NCBI GenBank assembly: GCA_028534125.1
Contig: CM052850.1
Coordinates: forward strand, 22,878,001 to 22,942,000
Reading direction: 5' to 3'
Source of the DNA: Lama glama
Lineage: Eukaryota
DNA length: 64,000 nt
Shown here: in pieces, positions 51,840 through 61,473 of the stretch
How positions within the stretch are numbered: the first letter of the stretch is position 1
Layout of the letters: every line of letters starts with the position of its first letter
Notes under the pieces: model-generated
Database searches by the model: none
The model's input: the letters and a program-made list of their open reading frames with translations, nothing else
What the model was told of the DNA's origin: nothing
Program-made: the position numbers and the translations under genes

Positions 51840-53120
51840 TGAGTCCTTCCCTCTCCCGCCTCAGACTCCGCCCCTCCCCACTGCTCCGCGGTCCTGGCGG
51901 GCTTACCCGGGAGAGGGCGGCCCCAGCCCCAGCCCCAGCGCTGGGCCGGGCGGAGCTCCCGCCCAGGAGGAGCTGCGGCTGCAGCGTCCAGCTGCCGGAC
52001 TGACCTCGAGCCGTGCTGACCGCGGGAGCGGCGCCGGGCCCCCTCCCCCCCACCGTCCCAGCCCACCCTCTGAGCCGTCTGAGCCCCCTCCCTGCTCCCT
52101 GCCACTGCACTGGTAAGTCCCGCGCTCCGCACCAAACTTTTTTGCTGCGGAGTTCTACCGCCAGACCACGAGCTACACTGTGGGGGGGGGGAGGGGAAGG
52201 GGTGAAGAATTGAGACAAGCCTTCTTGAAATGATCTATTCACGACTCCATAGCTTCCCGAAAATGGATCAGATCTCCCCGTTTCCCGAGTTGGTATAACT
52301 CTTGATTTTAGCTGGTTAAACTTGTAGTGAGGGAGATGAGGGTATCTGTTCCAACTTCGCTACACCCTCTCCCATTTCTCTGAGATGTAGCACTTCTCGA
52401 TACTTTCCCTCCACATTTCAAGTACCTTTGGCTCCCTAAAAGCTCATCCCCTCCCCATTCTGCCGTGGCAAAGCCCCCTCTCCCAGGTACTTCGGGTCCA
52501 CCTTCTCCGCATTTTCCTGGAGACCCCGCGATCCTTCGGGCTGTTCACTCCCTCCGGGTCTACCGGTCTTGCACACCGGCCAAAGACGTGCAGGGGCTGG
52601 GTCCGGCTGTGGAGGGAGGGGCTGAAGCTGGGGCTNNNNNNNNNNNNNNNNNNNNNNNNNNNNNNNNNNNNNNNNNNNNNNNNNNNNNNNNNNNNNNNNN
52701 NNNNNNNNNNNNNNNNNNNNNNNNNNNNNNNNNNNNNNNNNNNNNNNNNNNNNNNNNNNNNNNNNNNGCTCGGGCGCCTGCGATGTCTCAAGATGGCGGA
52801 GCTGGGCGAATTAAAGGTACCGGCCCCCTCCCCCATCCCCATCTGCACTGAACCCGGCAGAGCGCCGAGTCAGGGAAGCGACCGAGACGGGGTGCCGAGG
52901 GCTCGGTGGGGGCTGGAGACGTGGCGGGGACTCTCTGCTGGGGATGGGAGAAGTGGCTACGGGCGAGGTAGGGGCTGCGGCGGGACTCCGGGGGCGGGGC
53001 CGCGGGGCAGATGCAGGGGTGGGGCCGAGGGAATTGCAGCTGTTGGGGGCCGAGGCGCAGGGGGCGGGGACGCGGGGTAGAAGTTGGATTTGGTGGTAGG
53101 GGCAGATGCTGGGGTAGGGT
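51840..53120. promoter_or_regulatory. Bipartite CpG island at the PIAS3 5' end
   Basis: Two CpG-dense blocks (about 51840-52200 and about 52480-53120). YY1-like CAAGATGGCGG over the PIAS3 ATG. N-run 52636-52767 hides part of the 5'UTR. Confidence 0.75.
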
Positions 53121-56100
53121 CAGGAGGAAAAGCTGCTTCAGAGGCACTGGGCGCGAGTCGATCAAGGCCCAGAGATTCGACAGTAGGGGGCACATGTTGG
53201 GATGGGACTGTGGGGCAGAGGTACGGAAGGCTCCAGGGGGAAATGCGCTGAGAGGATAGAGGCTTTGGGGCTGCTGTTGGGATCTGAGCCTTGGGAAGTA
53301 CCAGTAGGCGGCTGAGATCTAGGGGGCGGGGCTGTGCGGGCGGATAGATCGAGGGGTGGGGCAGAAGCATCCTGGAGGCTGAGAGGGAGGTCCTGCCTTA
53401 GTGAGTCGGGATCTTTGGGCAGAGACAGAGGAGTGTGAAACTACGGGATAGGAAGGGAGAAGTTCTTGACAAAACTAATGGAGAAATAAAGACAGAACAG
53501 AGGAAATAAGGATGGGGAGAGAGGCAGAGGAGCAAGTTTTTAATCACATTCCTCAGGAGGAGCCCAAAGCCATAACACCGCCGGAGGTGAAGAGCCGTGG
53601 AGGGCTAGCAAGGCCTGCCCGAGGCCGGGCCTCCTAGAGACTCGCAGAAGGGAATCCTTTAAAGAGAGAGCTTGCCACGACCACACAGACTCTTGAGAAT
53701 AACTATCCAAGGACAACATGACAGAACCTTTAAGAAGCACTGGGTTCATTTCCCTGCTTCTTGGCTTTATGCTGCCCTTTGAAATGGAGCCACAGCCTTG
53801 GGCAGGCTTGAGGTCTAGTCACTGGGCCCAGTGTGAGATTCTGCACCTTGGCTTAGGGGCCCCATGCCTGCTCCTCATTCTCCAGGGCCTCTGTTGAGAG
53901 CTTTGCCCTTTCTTCTCCCGCCCCTCTGGCGGAGGGGGAGGATCACTTCTCTCTGTGCAGGAGAGAAGCAGAATATTGGTTCCTGGCAGATGGAGTAAAC
54001 AGGTAGACAGGAAGGGTAGATACCTAGATGCCCCATTTTGCTGTGAACACCCTCACTCCAAGTTTTGGTCCTGCCTCCCTCCCAGAAAAATAGGGCTGAG
54101 GGAAGGGTAGTTATGTTAATGACAGTGAGAAAGGATCTGGGGGCGTTCTGAGCATTGAACCCTGACCTGAAAACCCTGGTTACAAAAGCTTCAGAGGCTT
54201 GGGGAAAAGAGCTGAGGTGGATTGAGGTGTTGGGAGGGGTGGGCTGAGTGGCACAATCCTCCAGCCACCTGGCCCCTTTCTCCCCTGTGGAGCTATCTGG
54301 CCTGAATCCTCTTCTCCCCCTCCTTCTCCCTGTCTCCTGTCCTCTTCCCAAGAGGCTGGGATGGGTCTGAGAGTCTGAGAAAGGGCAGGAGAGGAGATAA
54401 GCAGCTTAACGGAGAGTCCAGGCTCAAGGCAGGAATGGAGGTGGGCCGCGGAAGTGGACTCAGAGGTGTGCTTTAGGATGGCCTGCTGTCTGCACCCTGT
54501 CCTCACCTGGTCGACTTCCAGGCTGGGGGAGATGGCGTTGCTCAGGCTCTGGGGGTAATGGTGAGGCTGGCCTGAGGGTTGCTAAAATGGGACGTAGAGG
54601 TCCTTTTGGTCATATTTGCAGTCATCCACTGGCTGCAAAGCACCTCTCTGATTAGTGCTGGATGCGTAGAGGCACTGCCCACCTAGCAGCTCAGCCCAGT
54701 GTCCTTGCCAGGACAGGCCTGTGCAAGGTAGGGTTCTCAAGCTTCTCTGCTCTCCACAGCACATGGTGATGAGTTTCCGGGTGTCTGAGCTCCAGGTGCT
54801 CCTCGGCTTTGCTGGCCGGAACAAGAGTGGACGGAAGCACGAGCTCTTGGCCAAGGCCCTGCACCTCCTCAAGTCCAGCTGTGCCCCCAGCGTCCAGATG
54901 AAGATCAAAGAGCTTTACCGGCGACGCTTTCCCCGGAAGACCCTGGGGCCCTCTGATCTTTCCCTGCTGTCTCTGCCCCCTGGCACCCCTCCTGTAGGCT
55001 CTCCTGGCCCTTTAGCTCCCATCCCCCCGGCCCTCTTGGCCCCTGGCACCCTACTGGGCCCCAAGCGTGAAGTGGACATGCACCCCTCTCTGCCCCAGCC
55101 TGTGCACCCTGATGTAACCATGAAACCGTTGCCCTTCTATGAAATCTACGGGGAGCTGATCCGGCCCACCACCCTCGGTATGGCTGTTTGTGATCCCTCA
55201 GTCTTCCCGGATCCCATGCCTCTTCCACAGGCCTTTCTTAGGCTTTAGTCCTGTGGGCTCAGCAGCCCAGGATAAGGGCAACTTCTGTGGCTGCCTGTGC
55301 ATGGGCTTGGGAATAACTGCTCCTTTGTGTTCTCAGCATCCACTTCTAGCCAGCGGTTTGAGGAAGCTCACTTCACCTTTGCCCTCACCCCCCAGCAAGT
55401 GCAGCAGATTCTTACATCCAGGTACATCGCTTTCAGTCCTCCTGCTTCCTCCTTGGGTAGTTACCCTTAGACTCTTAGACTCCGCTCTCTGACTGTCTTC
55501 TCTTCTGCCCTGCTCCTTCCTCTCCATCTTCCTGCCCCTGCTTTGCCTCTGATTCTCTCGTATGCCTCTTCTCTGTCCCTGGTGTCTCTGTCTGTTCACC
55601 CCTCCCCTCCGGGGAACACATACTGACATCTTTTCTCTCCCTGTTCCAGAGAGGTTCTACCAGGAGCCAAATGCGATTATACCATACAGGTGCAGCTAAG
55701 GTGAGTCGATCCTTCCTCTCTGCTGGGCTCCCATGGAGGGTGGGAATGAAATAAGGGTATGACAGGTCCTACTAGGAGATATCCCTGCTCTTCCACACCC
55801 ACCCCCGCCCTGGGACTCTTTTCTGGAAACTGAAGACTACAGATATCCATCACTGATTTACTGAGGTTCCCTGCCTCTCTCTGAGATTCAGTTCAAGAAA
55901 CTGCCTCCCACCCTTTCATCTTCTCTCATCTCTTACCAGGTTCTGTCTCTGTGAGACCAGCTGTCCCCAGGAGGATTATTTCCCCCCCAACCTCTTTGTC
56001 AAGGTCAACGGGAAACTGTGCCCTTTGCCGGTAAGTGCTCTTCCCTTCTTCTGGCAGTAACCCCTTCCCTGTTTCAGTTCCTAGATGTTAATTACAAACC

Positions 56101-59100
56101 TATTATGAAAGAGACATGCCTGGCACAGTGCCTGGGACATAGTAGGTGCTCAGTTTACTGACTGAATCAGTATAATCTAGTGAGTCCTAAGACAGGGCTG
56201 GACGAGCGTTCTGTTTGAATCCAGAGGAGGAGGGACATTGGTTTAACCCAGAGGTTGAGGGAAGATTCTCGGAAGTGATGCGCCCAGAGCTGAGAGTTGG
56301 AAGAAGTGGGGTCTCCTTACTCTTACCCATGCTCCTCAAGAGCTCAGTGAGCAGCTTCCTATTTCTTTGGCCATTGAATAAGCTCTCTCCTTTTCCGCCG
56401 GGATTGAACCCTAGGTAGTGCCCCAGCTTTGTGAGTCACTGAATGGGCCCCCATCTCCTTGGTCAGTGGGTGAGCTGACCGCCCCAGGGAGCAAGGAGCC
56501 TAAGGCAGGATGTCTTGACCAGGCCCTCCCTTCTCCAGGGCTACCTTCCCCCTACCAAGAATGGGGCTGAGCCCAAGAGGCCCAGCCGCCCCATCAACAT
56601 CACGCCCTTGGCTCGACTCTCAGCCACTGTTCCCAACACCATCGTGGTCAACTGGTCATCTGAGTTTGGACGGGTGAGCGTGGTGGAGGCAGGGAGCCTG
56701 GGAAAGCCTGCAGGGGGCGAGAGGGAGTCACCCAGTGTCTTGGGCTGCAGAAATACCTTTCTCTTTATGGGTCTCTCTGCCTTAGCTTGCTGTCTCTGGC
56801 CCTCTTGTGACAAAGGAGGGGGTGTTGGTGGGGTGGTGGTGGTGTGCAAAGCAGAGGCTAATTGTTTCTCCCCACCTCCAAGTAGAATTACTCCTTGTCT
56901 GTGTACCTGGTGAGGCAGTTGACTGCAGGGACCCTTCTACAAAAACTCAGAGCCAAGGGCATCCGGAACCCAGACCACTCCCGGGCACTGAGTGAGTAGC
57001 AGCCTGTCCCTCTTCTCCTCTCTGCCCTGGAGCCAATTCTTCCTGGCCCTCCAGCCTTCATAATTAAACTCACACCCGCCTTGTGACACCTGCCTCACCT
57101 CTCACATGAACCCCAACCCTCCCCCTGTGTCCCTTACTGATCTCTGTGGTTGCAGAGTCGGACCATTCCCAGGCACTGAGTGACACCCCTGCATTCCCAG
57201 TTACACATCGGCTTTGCACCGCACAGACCCTGACTCCAGCCCCGGCTGGAACATGGGTTCTTCAGACTAGAAAGAGTCTTAAGTATCATCTAATCTAACC
57301 CTCTTGGGATGTTTCAGTTCCCTCTAGGTCATCTCTACCAAAGCGTCACCTAGCTGTATTTAAGCATCTTCAGGGGCTTAGTGGGGGGGTTGAAGGGAAT
57401 CCCTTCCTCCCACGTAGCCTTCATAATCCAGATCACAGACTGCCCCCACGTGACATCCCATTGGCTCCCAAAGGGCTTCTTCCCACTTGTCTCTCAGCCA
57501 GAGTCATCTGTTTCTTCCCACCCTTGGGCTTCTATCCAGCCTTGCTGACCCCATGGCTCTGGCCCTACTCTTGTTACAGTCAAGGAGAAACTGACTGCTG
57601 ATCCGGACAGTGAGGTGGCCACCACAAGTCTCCGGGTGTCACTTATGTGCCCGGTGGGTACAAGGGAGAAGAGAAAGGGTGGAGGGTTGGGTTAAGCCTC
57701 TGGACTCAGATGTGGGTTCCTCAGGCTGTTAGAGTGAGGCTCCCTGGGACGTGGGGACTCTGACCTCTGAACTCATCTCTCCTCAGCTAGGGAAGATGCG
57801 CTTGACTGTCCCTTGNNNNNNNNNNNNNNNNNNNNNNNNNNNNNNNNNNNNNNNNNNNNNNNNNNNNNNNNNNNNNNNNNNNNNNNNNNNNNNNNNNNNN
57901 NNNNNNNNNNNNNNNNNNNNNNNNNNNNNNNNNNNNNNNNNNNNNNNNNNNNNNNNNNNNNNNNNNNNNNNCCTTTTGCCTTGGACAGTCCACTAGGACT
58001 CTCTCTCTCTCTATGGCTATATACGTTTACATATAGCTTATTTCTCCTCCCATGAATCCCAACTCGTAACCTATTTGTCTCCTTTATATAAATATAATGT
58101 ATATATGTATATAAAATCTGTCCCCTTTATTATATGGATGTATCTCCAACACTGAGGACTACTCCATACCAGGCACCCTGCTGAGCGCTTTGCATATCTT
58201 ATCTCACTGAATCTTGTGAGATGCCGGTAACCCTGTGAGATGGGTACTGGCATTATTGGTGAGAAAACTAAGGCCTGGAGAGACTAAGTATCTCTTCTTT
58301 CTTTCTTTTTTTTTTTTGAGATTGAGTATCTTGCTCAAAGTTATATTGTTAGTAAGTGGCAGAGCCAATGTATCGAATGCATTTCCTGTAACAACCACCT
58401 GACCTCTCACTGAGCGCAGCAATCTAGTTCTTTGAGGGCCTGGATGTGCTGTCTTGCTGTTCCTAATCCGCCTCCAGAGCCTACATTATGATTCGTATTC
58501 CCAGTGCCTTTTTGAGGTGGTTTACAGAGTTCTGTATCCCCGCTCCTTCTGTCTTGTCCTTAGTACTACACGGAACAGGTGCTTAGAATGTATTTATTTT
58601 AAAACTTAGCACTCAAAGTTTTCGAAGCTCTTTTACACACCTTACTTTATTTGATTCCAACAACAACTCAGAGAGGTCATTAGGGTGGATACTATCCCTG
58701 ATTTACAGATGAGGAAGCTGAGGTTCAGGAAGGTGAGTCCCAGAGCTCCCTGGCTGCTATTCTAGCCATCTCCCGGCCACATGAGTTCCCATCTCTCCTT
58801 TCCCCCAGTTTATTCATGGAGATTCTTAATTCCTGCTCGGATTGTGATGAGATCCAGTTCATGGAAGACGGATCCTGGTGCCCAATGAAACCCAAGAAGG
58901 AGGCATCTGAGGTTTGCCCCCCGCCAGGGTATGGGCTGGATGGTGAGTGACCCCCTGTCTCCCAGTTGAGCTGAGTCTGGGGTGGCCTCTTCTCTGAGAC
59001 ATAGTCTTCTTACTACCCACAGCTGTCCAGTATAGCCCAGTCCAAGAGGGCAATCCATCAGAGAATAAGAAGAAGGTTGAAGTGATTGACTTGACAATAG

Positions 59101-60530
59101 AAAGCTCATCAGATGAGGAGGACCTGCCCCCGACCAAAAAGCACTGTCCTGTCACCTCAGCTGCTATCCCAGCTCTACCTGGAAGCAAAGGGTACGAGGA
59201 AGTAGGCTGAATCTACAGCAGAAGGGGCAGGGAAGACGTCGGGGGTGCTTTCTGATCACTGGGCAAACCCTGGGGCACAGAGGGGACTTGGGAGGCAGAG
59301 CTGCGTGAGGGCATCTGTGTTTCCTTCTCTCCTCACAGAGTCCTGACGTCTGATCACCAGCCATCCTCGGTGCTGCGGAGCCCTGCTGTGGGCACGATGG
59401 GCGGCGATTTCCTGTCCGGTCTCCCGCTACACGAGTACCCACCTGCCTTCCCACTGGGGGCTGATATCCAAGGTATGACGCTGATCACAGGGTGGGGCCC
59501 TGCACCGCCACAGCCTCCCCAGAACCGGCTCAGAGCCCTTGCTCCTTTTCAGAGCTTTCTGGCCGTCTCGCAAAGGGCCACAGTCCACGGAACTTGTTTG
59601 AGTGTTTTGTTTGCTTGTTTTTGGTGGTGAAGGGGCCAGATAGGAAGTTAATTTTAATTTTTCTTTTCTTACCAGGTTTAGATTTATTTTCTTTCCTTCA
59701 GCCTGAGAGTCAGGTAAGTAGCCCCTTCTCCTCCCATGAACATCTCAGATCTCTGAAGCTTCCTTTCTAGGCACTGAGGGCTCCCCCCTATTTTCCCCAG
59801 GGGACCTAAATCTGCCTATTTGTGGAGGAGAGGGGGCAGTACAGGCAGTTTATTTCCCTCCTAGGCCCCACTGGGACTGCCTCGGATTCTCACCCGTGTC
59901 CTCCTCTGTCCTCTATTACTTACTGTTCTGTCTCCAGAGTTCTTGGCGCAGTTCTGCTCCTGTCTGCTCACCCCTCAAAGCCATATGCACTTGAGCACCA
60001 CGACTGCCCCAGCCGGACATTCCACACATTTCACACGCCCACAGGGCCAAGAACCTAGCAGGCTGGTGGGGCTGGGAAGGCAGGGAATAGGGGTAGGGTG
60101 CGGGGAAGTGGGGAAAGAGTCAGGGAGAGGCGCTCCTGCTTCTCAGAGAATACCTTGGGATCCCAAGGGGTTGATTCATCCCATATGATATTTCTGAGAC
60201 AAGGGATTGGGAGGCGGGGACAGCCCAGATGATCTCTTAAACCATGCTCTTGATTCCTCCCAGCACTACGGTCCCTCTGTCATCACCTCACTAGACGAAC
60301 AGGATGCCCTTGGCCACTTCTTCCAGTACCGAGGGACCCCTTCCCACTTTCTGGGCCCGCTAGCCCCCACGCTGGGGAGCTCTCACCGTAGCACCACTCC
60401 AGCACCCCCTCCTGGCCGCGTCAGTAGCATCGTGGCCCCTGGGGGGACCTTAAGGGAGGGGCACGGAGGACCTCTGCCCTCAGGTCCTTCTTTGACCGGC
60501 TGTCGGTCAGACATCATTTCCCTGGACTGA
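52793..60530 (+). CDS. PIAS3: E3 SUMO-protein ligase PIAS3, 628 aa expected, 14 exons
   Basis: Exons 52793-52816, 54760-55177, 55337-55421, 55650-55700, 55940-56030, 56539-56673, 56886-56991, 57580-57653, 57787 to about 57947 (3' part in N-run 57816-57971, end inferred), 58809-58942, 59023-59191, 59339-59472, 59676-59713, 60264-60530. SAP domain (RVSELQVLLG), PINIT motif, SP-RING start (SLMCPLGKMRLTVPC), SIM VEVIDLT, C-terminus RSDIISLD*. Confidence 0.97.
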
Positions 60531-61419
60531 GTTCCTGGCTTTGGGAACCTTCACTGCCTCCTGACAGCTGAGCAAGTATGCTGTGGAGTCTGAACCCCTG
60601 GCCACCCTGACCCCTCGGGGGCTTTGGTCAAAGGCCAGAGAGACCTTCATGGACACCTGTTTTTGGCCTTATCTCTGCCTGACAAGTCCAGCACCCAAAG
60701 GGTTAATATTTAACCTCTTTTGAAGGAAACTCGGGGTGCCTGTTTTTGGACGTATTCTTTGAGGGCCGGGCCGCACATTCCTTTGGGTATGCTAACCTAG
60801 GCAGTAGCAGGCAAATGGGGTGGGATGTGAGTTGGGGAAAGGGCTGAATCCTCAGCCTTGACTGTGTAGAGCCTCGTGGGGAAGGGGGCCTTCTCGTGTC
60901 CCCTAGGTGCCCTCTCTTCTCATTCCCCAGAGCCGGCTCTGTTCCTTCCCCATGTCCATTGTCTCTTCATGTCCATTCCGTTCTCTTTGGCCAAACAGAC
61001 AGATGGAGTAACTGAGACGGGCAGACACATGGACAGAGAACTCTATTTTGGGTTGCAGATTTTTTGTGCATAAACAAGAAAAAACAAAATACTCCAAAGA
61101 TGACTTTCCCTGCCTCCTACTTCCCAGTAATGACTGAGAAGCGGATAAGGCCTTAGCCCTGATCCCCAGGGGTTTGGGAGAAGGGCCTGGCCAATCGCCT
61201 GGGTCTCTATTTATATATTTAAGTTCACAATGTTTCTCACGCTGACCAGCCTGAGGCCTGAGCTTCTAAAGGCCCACGGGCCTGTGGTCAGGGTGGATCA
61301 TTCTGCACCTTTCCTGGGAGGTGTGAGCACCCACGCTCTCCCCCAACTCCTTTTTCAGGCTCCTCTAGGGCCTAGGACCTATGTTGTATTCCCACAGTTG
61401 TAACAAAGTTCTCACCCAT

Positions 61420-61425
61420 AATAAA
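61420..61425 (+). terminator. PIAS3 poly(A) signal
   Basis: AATAAA about 890 nt after the stop codon, followed by GU-rich sequence. Confidence 0.75.
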
Positions 61426-61473
61426 GGTTGTGAATGTTCAGAGTGTCACGGAGGTGGGCTGGGGAGGGGGTTA

